Shown one piece after another: positions 18,100 through 31,404 of a stretch of DNA of 64,000 bases (its first letter is position 1; every line of letters starts with the position of its first letter). This DNA comes from the human T2T-CHM13v2.0 reference genome, Homo sapiens: assembly GCF_009914755.1 (NCBI RefSeq), contig NC_060926.1; one strand, given 5' to 3'. Under the pieces are notes generated by a model. The model was not told the origin of the DNA. It worked only from the letters and a program-made list of their open reading frames with translations, and ran no database searches. The translations under genes were made by a program, and so were the position numbers.

Positions 18100-18300
18100 A
18101 GGTAGACTTTCGGTGCTCCAAAAGGGCTGATTATTAATAATTAATGTTTGCCTAGGGTTCACATGCATTACCCTCTCAACAACTCTCGAAGAAGGCATGA
18201 TTGCTGTAATTCCCTTACTTTCCTACCCCGTGGACATGATCTTCCACTCCCCGCCACTTTCGGTTAGTATCAGAAGCCGTGTGCTTCCAAGAGGGCTGGA
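18100..18300 (-). mobile_element. MIR
   Basis: 'ttcacatgcattaccctctcaacaactctcgaagaaggcatgattgctgtaattccc'. Confidence 0.55.
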
Positions 18301-18309
18301 AGTAACCCC

Positions 18310-18790
18310 AGCCACCAAGGTGAATCTTAATTAGCATCAATCTATGTTGGTAATTCCACTCACTTGCCTGTGGTTGTTTAAGAAATGAGCATATGGTGCA
18401 ATTCTGGTCAAAAGCAAACAAGAGAAGATTTTTCTGACAGTGAAGGAGGAAGTGAGGGTCTGGAAACATTTTGCTGCTGCTGAAGGAAACACACAAGAAG
18501 GAGACAGTCCTCTCTTCATGTCCTTTGTGTGTTGCTGTGGGAGAATTTGTTCCCAGCTACAGCCATTTTATAGCAATGACGGGACAAACTGAAGGGAAAA
18601 AAAGCCCAAACATTGAGGAAGGCAGAGTAAGAAGACAGGGAGAACTCTGAAAATGTTGTTATTCGGCCACTGAACTCACCCACCCCAGAATCAAATTGAG
18701 AATTTTAGTCATATAAGGCAACGTGTCTTATCATAAAATTCTTACATTTTTAAGCCACTTCTAGTTTCTGCCTTGGTTAAAGCATTCCCT
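18310..18790 (+). mobile_element. Old MLT1 (J/K/L-like) LTR
   Basis: 'agctacagccatttt', 'gaaggcagagtaagaagacaggg', 'tttaagccactt...aaagcattcc'. Confidence 0.6.
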
Positions 18791-19153
18791 TCTATCGCCT
18801 ATACTATTCAGCATTTATTCTACAAACATTAATTAAGACCAACTGTCTATCAGATATTGGAACAGACACCATCTGATATGAAGTAGAAAAATAAATACGA
18901 AGTAGAAAAACAAGTAGAATGTGATCCATATCCTAAAAAAAAAGCACGTGGGCTTTTCATTTCTTTGTTTGTTTATTTTATGGTGTAACTACTGTGTATC
19001 AGAAGACATTGCAATAGATTTTTGATTGGTTCCCTATCTCTAACTATTACCATCTCCAATTAGACCCCCAGTCCCCCACAGCCCTTGATGAATTATCTTT
19101 CAACAATTTAGATTCTATCACATCACTCGCCTGATTTAAAATTCACTCTGTAT

Positions 19154-19318
19154 GGTAGCGATTCTCAAATCACATGGAAAGCTTGTTAACACACACGTTA
19201 GCCGACCCACCTCCCAACTCTCAGATTCAGTAGATCTAGGGTGAAGCCTGAGAATGTGCATTTTGAGTGTATTCACAAGTGCTGCTGCTGGTGTGGGAAT
19301 CACGTTTGCCGACCACTG
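19154..19318 (-). mobile_element. MER5A
   Basis: 'cagattcagtagatctagggtgaagcctgagaatgtgcatttt...gaccactg'. Confidence 0.8.
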
Positions 19319-19487
19319 ATCTATAGGATCCAGTCCATATCATTTGGAAAGCATACTTATCCCTGTGCTATGGGTCAAGGTTTTGCATCTTTTCAAATAT
19401 TTATCCTTCTGGCTGGAATATGTTTTCCCATCTTAGTCAAAACCTGAACTCTTTATCTAGGATATCTTATTTAGTGTAGATATTCCC

Positions 19488-19489
<2 letters not shown>

Positions 19490-19537
<48 letters not shown>
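19490..19537. repeat. (AT)24 microsatellite
   Basis: Uninterrupted AT dinucleotide run. Confidence 0.98.
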
Positions 19538-19540
<3 letters not shown>

Positions 19541-20224
19541 TATTTGGCATTAATAGACACTTCTCTATATTTTCTTGTGACTTTTTACATGCTTTCCATT
19601 TTACATACTTTCACATTAATGATATATTGCTGTTGGGGGTCCACAGCCTGAGTTTTAGGTAACAAAGAATCTGGCTTACTTACTATATTAAAATATGGAC
19701 ATTTCTTTAGGATAGGTAGCATATAGAATCTGCTTTTTCAGGTTGGTGTGTAGGCATAATATATGACACTCACTCCAGTTCAGTGTAAAAAGATTGGTGA
19801 ATATAATGTATGTGAGACAGGAGAGTGCCTTCACTTTAAATTCCATCTGAAGGTATAAGTGAAATGTTGAAACAAAGTTTAATGATATATTTTTAAGTTC
19901 TAAATGGACCACCAAATTGTTGACTCTAGAGTAAATCAAATCATTGACCAAAAACCAAAAGGATTTATACTAAGTGGTATTGCTTTTACTTAATCCATGA
20001 TATGTTTCCCAGCAAAGAGTTTTAGTTTTAAAGGTCACCTGAAAGAATTTCATTTTCTCATTTGGAATCAGTCATCTCACTTTATTATTCCAGCACTGTT
20101 CAATAAGAATGTAGAATTTGTTAACAAATAATATCATTTTTATTCACAGTTCTTTTTTTCTTCAAGATATTAAGAGTATCTGAAAGCTAATGAAGTTGAT
20201 GAATCTTATTAACATAAATTGCAT

Positions 20225-20569
<345 letters not shown>

Positions 20570-20924
20570 CTAAAATGTTATAATTCAATTACTTATTGAT
20601 TTTAACTTCTGGGATAATAATATCATTATATAAACTTTTCTAATGTACAAAATATAATCAAGAATTAACACTGTGGCCCTTCCCTCCAAGCAAAGAAAAC
20701 AAAAGGAAAAACAAACATAAAACAGCCAGTACAATTTCAATCCTGGTCCACTTTCTCTTCCCTGTGTTTCTATCATAATATGCTTCATTCTAGGGCTTCC
20801 CTCACCTATGGGTTGTAAAAAAGGTTAAAATCTCTGTGCCACAATTTTCTTATACAGTAAAAAAAAAGAAACAAACATAACTTATATGATTATTCTGAGG
20901 ATTAAATGATGCAATCAACTAAAG

Positions 20925-21003
20925 TCATGAACTTACGTTAGGCCACATTCAAAGCCGTCCTGGGTTGCACACACCCGGTGGGCAATGGGTTTGGACAAGC
21001 TTG
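20925..21003 (+). mobile_element. MER30 3' fragment (hAT-Charlie)
   Basis: 'ggccacattcaaagccgtcctggg...ttggacaagcttg'. Confidence 0.8.
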
Positions 21004-21721
21004 GCTTAGACTTTAAAGAAACATGGAATTAAAATGTATCGCAACAGTAACATGAAAGGTGAGAGAAAATGAAATGGGATTAAAGGGCTCTGAGGTCCTA
21101 GCATTTTTGGGCATGAAGTGTGAGAAGTAGTATCTGTTAAATTGTAATAAGATGATGATTAATATTGTAATCTCTTAAGCAGCAACTAAGTAAACAGTAA
21201 AATAATTAATTTAAGGTCTAGTCCTGCACGTGAAGTCATTAGACTATATTAAGTTTGAAATCATGTTCTCAACATTGTTTATTATTATTATTTCTATAGG
21301 TACTTATACAGTCAAAGTATATTGCTTGTTATTTTGATAGGTACTTACACAAAGTACAAGCAGTCTTCACTTTTCATGATATTGAAATAACTTTACAATC
21401 TCTGGAAAACAATCTTAACAACAGATGGGAATAATGAGAATTGTCCTATGACCTTTAAAATGTTGTCTTACTATAAATTATAAACAAATAGGAGTATAAA
21501 AACATAGCAAACCTAATATTTGGTTTGTACACTATACTATAAAGCATTAGAACAATTAAAGTGTTTTATTTCTTTTTAAAAATGTATTAAGTAGTTTGAA
21601 AAATGCTGATTCTTCATCATTGCATAGCATTTTAACTTTTATACTTTTAATATTGTGACATATCTCCAAGAAGTCCTCTTTGAAAAATATACTGATTTAA
21701 TTAACACATAAAAATTATATG

Positions 21722-24451
21722 CAGGCATACTTTGCTCTATTGCAACTTGCTTTATTGCTCCTCACAGATTGTGTACTTTTTACAAATTGAAATTCTGCAA
21801 CAATCCTGCATCTAGCAAGTTTATTGACACCATTTTTCCAACAGCATGTGCTCACTTTGTGTCTCTGTGTCTTGTAATATTTCGAACTTTTTTATTATTG
21901 TTAAATCTGCTATAGTGACCTATGATCAGTGGTCTTTGATATTACTATTATAACTGTTTTGGGTCATCATGAAACAGGCCCACATAAAACAGAAAACTTA
22001 ATTCATAAACGTTGTGTGTGTTCTGACTGTTGTATTCACTGACTGTTCTCCAGCTGATATGATTTGGCTCTGTGTCCCCACCCAAATCTCATGTTGAGTT
22101 GTAATCCCCGGTGTTCGAGGTGGGACCTGGTGGAAGGTGATTGGATCATGGGGGCAGATCCCTTGATATTCTTATAATAGTGAGTGAGTTCTCAGGAGAT
22201 CTGATTGTTTAAGAGTATGTAGCACTTCCCTCTTCACATTCTCTCCTGCTCTGCCATGTGAAGACATGCCAGCTTCCTGTTTGCCTTCCATCATGATTGT
22301 AAGTTGCCTGAGGCCTCCCCAGCCATGCTTCTTGTACAGCCTGCAGAACCACGAGCCATTAAAACCCTTTTCTTTCTAAATTACCCAGTCTCGGGTATTT
22401 CTTTATAGCAGTGTGAGAACAGACAAATACATCATCTCTCTCCCTTTCCTCAGGCCTCCCTATCCCTGAAGCACAACAATATTAAAATCAGGCCAATTAG
22501 TAACCCTACAATGGACTCCGAGTGTAGAAATGAAAGGAAGAGTTGCATGCCTCTTGCTTTAAGTCAAAAGCTAGAAATGGGTAAGTTTGTTGAGGAAGGC
22601 ATGTAGAAAGCTGATATGTGATGAAATCTAGGTCTCTTGTGCCAAATAGCCCAGTTGCAAATGCAAAGGAAAAGTTTTTGAAGGAAATTTAAAGTGTTGT
22701 TTCAGTGAACACACAAAAAATACAAAAGCAAAACAGTCTTATTGGTGACATGGAGAAGTGTAATAGTCTGGATAGAAAATCAAAGCAGCCACCTCATTCC
22801 CTTAAGCATGGCCCTAACTCTCTACAATTCTATGAAGACTGAGAGACATAAAGCTGCAGAAAAAAAGTTTGAAGCTAGCAGAGGTTTGTTCATGAGATTT
22901 AAGGAAAGAAGTCATCTCTATAAAATAAACATGCAAGGTGAAGCAACAAATGCTGATGGAGAAGCTGCAGCAAGTTATCCAGAAGATCTGCCTAAGACCA
23001 TCGTTGAATGTGGCTACAGTATACAACAAATTTTCAATGTAGATGAAACAGCCTTCTATTAAAATAAGATGCAATATAGGAATTCATAGCTAGAAAGGAG
23101 AAGCAAATGTCTGGCTTTAAAGCTTCAAATAGCAGGCTTGCTCTCTTATTATTGGCTAATGCAGGCTAGTGACTTCAAGTTGAAGCCAATGCTCATTTAT
23201 CATTCTGAAATTCCTAGAACCCTGAAGAATTATGCTAAATCTGATCTTCTTGTTCTCTAAAAGTGGAGCAACAAAGACTAGATAATAACACATCTGTTTA
23301 CAGCATGGTTTACTGAATATTTTAAGCCCACTTTTGGGACCTAATGCTCAGAAAAAAAGTCTTTTTGAAATATTACTCCTCATTGGGAATGCACCTGGTC
23401 ACCCAAGAGTTCTGATGGAGATGTGTAAGGAGATCTCGTTTTCACACCTGCTAACACAACTTCCATGATGCAGCCCATGAGTCAGGGAGAAATTCCAACT
23501 TTCAAGTCTTATTATAAAAGAAATCCCTTTTCTAAGACTGTAGCCGCCATAGATTAGTGATCCCTCTGATGGATCTTGGCAAAGATAATTGAAAACCTTC
23601 TTGAATGGATTCAATATTCTAGAGGCCATTAAAAAGATTTATGATTCATATGGGAGGAAGTCAATATATTAACATTAACAGGAGTTTGGAAGAAGTTGAT
23701 TCCAACCATTATGGATGACTTTGAGGAGTTCAAGACTTCAGTGGAGGAGGGAGCTACAGATTTGGTAGCTAGAGAATTAGAATTAGAAGTAGAGTCTAAA
23801 GATGTGACTGAATTGCTGCAATCTCATGATAAAATGTGAATGGATAAGGACATATTTCTTATGGATGAGCAAAGAAAGTAGTTTCTTGAAATGAAACTTA
23901 CTTCTAGTGAAGATGCTGTGAATATCGTTGAAAATGACAACAAAGGATTTAAAATATTATGTACACTTTGCTGATAAAGCAAGGTTTAAGAGGTCCAACT
24001 CAAATTTTGAAAGAAGTTCTACTGTGGTAAAATGTTGTCAAACAGCATTGTGCGCAAAAGATAAATCCTTCATAAAAGGAAGAGCCAATTGATGCAGCAA
24101 ACTTCATTGTTGTCTTATTTTTAGAAAATCTCACTGCCATTTCAAACTTCAGCCACCACCACCATGAATCAGTCAGCAGCCATCAACATCAAAGCAAGAC
24201 TCTCTACTAGGAATTTGATTATGACTCACTGAAGGCTCAGAAGACCATAGCATATTTTTAACAATAAATTATTTTCTAATTAAGATATGCACATTTTTTA
24301 ACAACATAATGCTATCTCATTCTTAACAGAGTACAGTATGATGTAAACATAACTTTTATATGCATTGGGAAACCAAAAAATAATTGTGTGACTTTCTGTA
24401 TTGAGATATCTGCTTTATTGTTGTGGTCTGGAATTGAACCCACAATATCTC
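21722..24451 (+). mobile_element. Tigger1 DNA transposon, near full length, dead transposase
   Basis: 5' end 'caggcatac'. ORF 22742-23062 gives pogo/CENP-B-family remnants ([26 protein letters not shown]). 3' end 'gtggtctggaattgaacccacaatatctc' lacks the terminal TIR bases. Confidence 0.95.
22055..22431 (+). mobile_element. MSTA-like solo LTR (MaLR) inserted in Tigger1
   Basis: 'tgatatgatttggctctgtgtccccacccaaatctc' ... 'gtacagcctgcagaacc' ... 'aataca'. Confidence 0.92.
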
Positions 24452-24658
24452 AATATAGAATGGCTAAATTGAGCTAATTAACATATGCATTACCTCATAT
24501 ACTTACTATTTTTTGTGAGAATACTTAAAATTTACATTTATTTTCAAGAATATGATATACTGTTATTGACCTTAGTCTTTATGTTGTGTAATATTGATCT
24601 CTTGAACTTATTCCTTCTGACAAACTGAGATTTTGTATCCTTTGCCAATCGGTCCCCA
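24452..24658 (-). mobile_element. L1MA 3' UTR fragment
   Basis: 'gctaattaacatatgcattacctcata', 'atctcttgaacttattcct'. Confidence 0.85.
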
Positions 24659-24690
24659 TGGGAGCCTCTCTGTGGACAGAGTGGAGGCAT

Positions 24691-25055
24691 CAGGGAATGG
24701 AGCATCCTTGCAGGGAATGGAGCACCCTCACAGGGGATGGAGCACCCTCACAGGGGATGGAGCATCCACACAGGAGATGGAGCACCCTCAGAGGGGATGG
24801 AGCACCTTCACAGGAGATGGGGCACCTTCAGAGGGGATGGAGCACCCCCGCAGGAGATGGAGAACCCTCACAGGGGATGGAACACCCTCACAGGAGATGG
24901 AGCATCCTCACAGGGGATGGAGCACCCTCACAGGAGATAGAGTACCCTCACAGGGGATGGAGCACCGTTGCAGGGGATGGAGCACCCTCACAGGAGATGG
25001 AGGACCCTCGCAGGGCAAGGAATACCCTCGCAGGGGATGGAGCACCCTCACAGGG
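24691..25055. repeat. Minisatellite/VNTR, 20-bp unit AGCACCCTCACAGGRGATGG, ~18 copies
   Basis: 17 full in-register units (24701-25040) plus partial units; no indels and no spacers. Confidence 0.98.
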
Positions 25056-25992
25056 AAGAACCCAGAGTCCAGATGTGAGGAAGCCAAAGACCAGATGATA
25101 AGTGGGGGAGGATCCAGGGATAAGCAGAGACAACCAGAGAAGGGAGGCATGTGGATTCCCCAAATCCTGGAGTGTGTTTATGAAGAATAAGAGACAACCC
25201 TCTTGTAGAAAAATCAAAGGCCAGGGTTGCCTGAGCAACACCCCCACATCTGCCCGCCAAGGCCTGGCCACCCTGCTCTCAGACAACATCCTGTTACTTG
25301 CTTCTCTTCATATGACAAGCCCCATTATTTGTGAAAACTTGAGTATGTCTTTGTATTTCTAAGCTAAGTCAGACAATGTAATCCAGATTTCTCAGTCAAA
25401 ATCATCATAAAAAGTAAAGTCTACGAATGGGGAAATTATGAGTCTTCTGTTTCATCCAGTATCTAGAATGGTCTTAAAAGAAAACAGCCATTATAATGTG
25501 ACTAAAGTAAATGCACTTGTATAATACCTTGCTTCTGGACAGGAGAGATGATCACAAATAACAAATTTCTACAGGGAAGTGCATTGCTAATTTTGAGGAA
25601 TGGCAATAGAGCTAGTAATGGTGAAATGAGGCAGATGTCAGAGAGGTGGTAAAAACCACAGCATGTGGGATTTGGAACTGACCCTGGTTAGACACTGGTA
25701 TATATTTTAAAGAAATAATACAGAAATAAATAGGGAGATGTATGCACAATAATGCATATCCTAATGTTATAAATACAGTCTCCACACTGGAAATGAAGAA
25801 GTAAAATAGCTGTAATAATAATAGCTCACACCCGTGAGCTATGAGGTCAGTAAGATATTTTCTAAACACATTAAAGCCATGATGAATCTTGTTCTCATAT
25901 CAACTCTGTGAGGTAAATAGTATCATTATTTCTATTTTATAGATTAAAAAATGAGGCAAAAAATCTTTAACTAGTTACTTGAATTCCACAGC

Positions 25993-26029
25993 TGTATTAA
26001 CCAGGTTTCTTCAGAAAAAAAGAATAGAT

Positions 26030-26074
<45 letters not shown>

Positions 26075-26510
26075 ATAGATATATGATAGGTAAATAGATA
26101 ATATATCTGTGTGTTTGTGTGTATAGAGAGAAAAGAAAGAGACAGACAAAGAGAAAGGTAGAGACAGAGAGACAGTGAGACACAGACAGAAAGATTTATT
26201 TTAAGAAATTGGCTCACATGATTGTGGGTGCTGGCAAGTCCAAAATCAGCAGAGCAGACCAGGAGGCTGGAGCCCCCAAGGCAGTGGATCCCCTCTTGGG
26301 CAGACAGTATATTTCTCCTAAGGCCTTAAACTCATTGGCTGAGGCTCACTGACATTAAGGAGGGCCGTTTGCTTTACTCATAGTCTACTCATTGAAAACA
26401 TTAACTGCATCTGAGACATACCTTCACATCAACATTTAGTCTGGAATTTTACCAAACAACTGGACACCATAGTCTAGCGAAGTTGACACATAATAAATTT
26501 AACCATCACA
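25993..26510 (-). mobile_element. MLT2 (D-like) solo LTR inserted in a MIR
   Basis: tgtatt...'agttgacacataataaatttaaccatcaca'; perfect 5-bp TSD acagc (25988-25992, 26511-26515). Confidence 0.92.
26030..26073. repeat. (GATA)11 tetranucleotide STR inside the MLT2 LTR
   Basis: Direct count of a perfect GATA run. Confidence 0.96.
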
Positions 26511-26788
26511 ACAGCAAGGAAGTGTTGGCTTCAGAATACAGGTCAGCAGACTGCAGAGGCTGTGAGCTGTCACCACATGGTCCTGCCTCCCAGAGCACGC
26601 GTTAGTAGGGCAGCTTGCTGAATGTAGCTGATCCCAAGTCAGCAATACTTTGCCTGCTCACAGAATTATGCATAATATTTAACTACATGAAAAAAACCTT
26701 AAGAAAAATGTTAAATAAAAATACTGGGCATGAAATTAATTTTTAAAATCTCAAATTATTAAGATATCTATAATTTATAAGAATTCTA

Positions 26789-27080
26789 GGCTAGGTATGG
26801 TGACTCAGGTCTGTAATCCTAGTACTTTGGGAGGCCGAGGTAGGCAGATCACTTGAGGCCAGGAGTTCAAGACAGCCTGGGTAATGTAGCGAAAACCTGT
26901 CTCTACAGAAAATACAAAACTTAGCTGGGCATGGTGGCATGCACCTGTAGTTTCAGCTACTCATGAGGCTGAGGTGGAAAGATAGCTTGAGTCTGAGACT
27001 TCAAGGCTGCAGTGATCCAAGATCATGTCACTGCATTCCAGCCTGGGCACCAGAGCAAGACCTCATCTCAAAAGCAAAAC
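26789..27080 (+). mobile_element. AluJ
   Basis: Diverged dimer with J diagnostics ('cacttgaggccagg', 'aggctgcagtga'). Confidence 0.92.
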
Positions 27081-27085
27081 AACCA

Positions 27086-27088
27086 TAT

Positions 27089-27124
<36 letters not shown>

Positions 27125-27218
27125 GTGTGTATAATTTAATGTATATATGTATACATATATACATATATACACATGTATACATATATACGTATATACACAC
27201 TTATATACATATATATAA
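27086..27218. repeat. (CA)n and (TA/CA) compound microsatellite
   Basis: Direct inspection; follows the Alu tail. Confidence 0.93.
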
Positions 27219-27243
27219 TTTCTAGAAGAAACTGCTTAATGTA

Positions 27244-27473
27244 TAGATTGAGTATCTCTTATCCAAAATGCTTGGGAGCAGGTATGCAGTTCAGATTTTT
27301 TCAGATTCATGAATATTTGCATCATACCAGTTAAACATCCTAAATCTGAACATCTAAAATCTGAAATGCTTCAATGAGCAGCATCTCCTTTAAGTGTCAT
27401 ATTTAGGCTCAAAAAGTGTTGGGTTTTAGAGCATTTCAGATTTTGGCTTTTCAGTTTTGGGATGCTCAATTTG
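27244..27473. mobile_element. Tigger4a/MER46-type MITE
   Basis: Inverted ends 'agattgagtatctcttatccaaaa' / 'ttttgggatgctcaattt'. Confidence 0.8.
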
Positions 27474-27624
27474 TGCTAACAGTGACTAGATAGCAACAAG
27501 ATGTTGAGATTATAGATTTCGCTTTTATTTTCCCAATTTTATGTTCAAGTATATATGACTTCCATTATCAAACTAGATGCATACATGAGTTTTGCATGCA
27601 TGGACACACACAGACGTACATTCA

Positions 27625-27981
<357 letters not shown>

Positions 27982-28460
27982 CTTTTACTTTGATGTAATT
28001 TCAAACTTACAGAAAAGGTACAAGAATTGAACAAGGAATCCCAAACATCCTTTATGTATATTCACCAATGTTTGATATTTGTTTTCATTAGTTTACATCT
28101 CTTTCTATCTCATTATATATATCTATATATCTATACACACATAAACACATATACACACATACAGATGCATATACATATATATGTATGTATATACACATAT
28201 ATGTATGTATATACACACACATAGCTACATGTTATGTATGTTGTATTTCTGAACCATTTGAGGGTAACTTTAAGCCATTCTCACCCTGTGTCTCTAATTC
28301 CCTCTGATAATGCAGTGTGCATTTTCTAACAAGGGTTTCCCTCCTTATCCATAACCACAAACTTTATCATAAAAACCAGGAACTTAATATTAATGCAATA
28401 ATAGGATACAATCCATAGTCTGTCTTTAAATGTCATCAATTTTCCCAGCATTGTGCATCT
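27982..28460 (-). mobile_element. L1MC-type 3' end with internal TA/CA low-complexity tract
   Basis: 'taatttcaaacttacagaaaag', 'tttctgaaccatttgaggg', 'cataaccaca'. Confidence 0.75.
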
Positions 28461-29374
28461 TGTTCCTGGTCCGGGGTTCACTGGCTCTTCCTCCTTATTT
28501 CTTCCTTAATCTAGAGCCACTCCTGGCAGAGACGTTTTCAGGTAAACACAGCAGCACATGTGCATCACTAGGCCCTCTTCCAAAGGACGACCCGCAGAAA
28601 TCATACCTGTGTCCTGATGATGCTGCTTTGTATTTTTAAGTTTCTGGAATTTTTCTCTGAAATTTTCAGTTGCAGTCATCTAATTAGCTACGTATTATGA
28701 CCCTTTATCATTGCTTTTAAAATCCAGCCCCATGTTCTTCAGCTGGCTGTCATCATAAACCTTTTCAGCAGAATTTGTTGGATGACTGTCACTGTTTCCA
28801 GAAATTACAACCACACTTAATGGTGAAAATAATTTTAATGTGTGACCTCCTAAAAAACCAAAAATCATGCATTCTAATCACATGTACAGAAGAGAAAACT
28901 ATTCCCCAAATCAGACCAGAGGTACCTTCCTAGGAGACAATTCCGGAGGTGATTCCTTCCCGTACTGAGCTATGACCCCTGCAACTCTATTTTTGACAGT
29001 CTCATATGAATCTCTATAGAATAGATTACAGAAAAGGTAGAAACCAAATTGTAGAAACTTAAGAATTATCAGAAAAATAATCTATGATGAATTCTTGTAA
29101 TTTCAAATAATATTCAAAGTGCTGCTAACTTTATCTAAAACTTTCCAGTAATCCATAAATTACACTTCTTTTTTTCTTAATTTTTAGAGATTATTTTCCT
29201 GTCTTTATTTTCTTTTGCTTTATCTTCTTATTTATTGTCAACTAATGTTCTCTTGTGTGAAGAGTTATGATGCTTTGTAAGATAACAAAATGATTTTGGA
29301 CCAAAGTATCCTGTAGATAAATTATTAAATTAATGACATTACAAGAGACAACTCTGTTTTTGCAGTTGACTCAC

Positions 29375-29471
29375 CGAATGCATTCAATATTTCTTGAATG
29401 TTCCCATCTGCACCGGGTGCTCTTGGCTGGTTGCAGGCATTGTTCTGAAGGACTTTCCTGGCACACACTAT
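29375..29471 (-). other. Candidate internal exon (97 nt), probably non-coding
   Basis: Minus strand acaacttctag|ATAG...TTCG|gtgagt in non-repeat sequence. Splice motifs only. Confidence 0.3.
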
Positions 29472-30603
29472 CTAGAAGTTGTAACATGACATGAGGCTTT
29501 TCTAAATACCTGAACACATCTACAGACTGTTATACAAATAAATTTTATGATGTTGGAGTAACAGTTTCCTGTGACTTTACCAGGAAATACTTGCTCCTAT
29601 ATTCTTTGTGTACTGTGTAGGTTAGAATCCTACTAATTTTCCAGACACAGAAAAAATAAGCCATATGTTCGACAAATGTTTTCCGGACTCATAATACTTG
29701 ACCTGAGTCTACGTTTTATTGCTTCTGCAAACTGTCCAGGGGATATGACAGATGATGGCAAAACATGTGAAAAATAGGATGAGTGCTTGGCGAATCCAAG
29801 AGCAAATCCGAGGAGGTAAAGAAACGCAAGCTCTGGGCATGGCACAGCTGCCATTTGTTTTCCCTCTGTCAAGTTAGTGGTTCCGGAAGTCATTTCAAAA
29901 CAATAAATTTTTTGGCATATTGCAAATAAATTTGCTTTTATCTACCACGCTGGTCATTCATGGTCTATTATTCCTTTCAGTGACAGTACATCATCTTTTC
30001 TAGATTGAATCAATCCAGCCTGGTCTAAAAGGTGTTCTTTCTTCTTCATGCTTATCTGTTATTCTGATGAGGGCAACAAAAGGGCCAGTGTTTCAGCCAG
30101 CAGAAAGCAATGCTTACAGTGTGGAGGGAGAAAGAACTTGCCCCTCTTCCTTTTTCTCCTCCTCTTCTTTTTATCCTTTGCCTCTTCCTTACTTCAGCTC
30201 TCACTTCCTGTCTCCCTTTTTGTCTTTTCTCTGTTATTGTGATAGATCCAGCAAATGCCAAGTGCTTATTTGGTATTTTTGATTATAAATTCCAAGCAAG
30301 GTCAATTGAAATGATTTTGAGAGTTTTTTTTCAATAATGTTCAGCTGTTTGGTGTAAGAAGATAATTAAGTGGGCTCTGCATTGGAAGGTGAATACAATA
30401 ATCAAAGAAATGAGTAAGGAAGTTAAACATGCATTCACAGGAGTAGTTTATGTCCAAATCATGAGCTCTCAACTTGGGGCAGGAAGACAATGCAAATGTA
30501 AAGATGGCAAAAAGTGAGAGAATGAGTGGTTTGGAGATTGATGAATAGCTGGAGAAACCCAGCTGGAAGAGTAGGAAATGAGACCGAGAATGTAGGATTC
30601 TTC

Positions 30604-30819
30604 TCTTTTTTAATTTTTGTTAAGTTCAGGAGTACATGTGCAGGTTTGTTCCATAGGTAAACGTGTGCCATGATGGTTTGCGGCACAGGTCATATCATCA
30701 CCTAGGTATTAAGCCCAGTGTCCATTAGCTGTTCTTCCTGGTGTTCCACCTCCTCCCCCCAACTCTCCAACATGCCCCAGTATGTATTATCCCGCACCAT
30801 GTGTCTATGTGTTCTCATC
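30604..30819 (-). mobile_element. Short 5'-truncated older L1PA (PA11-16-like) 3' UTR
   Basis: 'acatgtgcaggtttgtt...ctaggtattaagccc'; 18-bp TSD with 2 mismatches (30586-30603 / 30820-30837). Confidence 0.92.
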
Positions 30820-31098
30820 GACAATGCAGGATTCTTCAAGTGAACATTTAGAAATGCCCCAGCTACTGGTCATTCTAAGCTCTACTGAAAGTGGGTGGCT
30901 GAGGTTGAATAGAGGTTGACTATGAGAAGACCAAGAACCACAGAAGCTCTGGTGTTGAGTGATTCATCATATAAGTACGGAAGTCACCAAGTGAATTTGA
31001 TTTAGTCTGTGTCCTATATGGTTGCAGAGTTTGTCCATTACATAAAGCTGCCAGGACTTCCTGGCTTATCAAATGCTACATTTGCTTCCTACCCACAG

Positions 31099-31135
31099 GA
31101 AGAAGCTCCATCTTCTAAACCTCCTGACCATAGAG
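31099..31135 (+). other. Candidate micro-exon (37 nt)
   Basis: tttgcttcctacccacag|GAAGAAG...ATAGAG|gtaagt. Splice motifs only. Confidence 0.3.
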
Positions 31136-31404
31136 GTAAGTGTTCTTATTTGCACAGAGTTGATGTATGGGTTAGTATATTTTGTTTGTCTGTCTGATCA
31201 TGTTTAAGTTGTATACACTTGTCCTTTGCACAAATGTTCAAAAGAACATTATGTGCAAAATCAGAAAGATGCCTAAATTAATGCATGCCCTTCCCGTCAT
31301 AAAGTTGTGTATCTCACGTTAGCAAATCAAATTCATGATTGCAATGCTGTTTTTAGTCTGTTGTATTTAGATACACCCTGCCATTTTTGAATCATTTTTT
31401 GAAA

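Noticed and set aside
22742-23062. Domesticated TIGD1-like transposase gene
   Set aside because: Only a 106-codon remnant; the rest of the Tigger1 frame has stops and frameshifts.
24633-25190. 185-, 146- and 67-aa repetitive ORFs; CRISPR-like appearance
   Set aside because: By-products of a stop-free 20-bp minisatellite. Units are contiguous with no unique spacers, and the DNA is eukaryotic.
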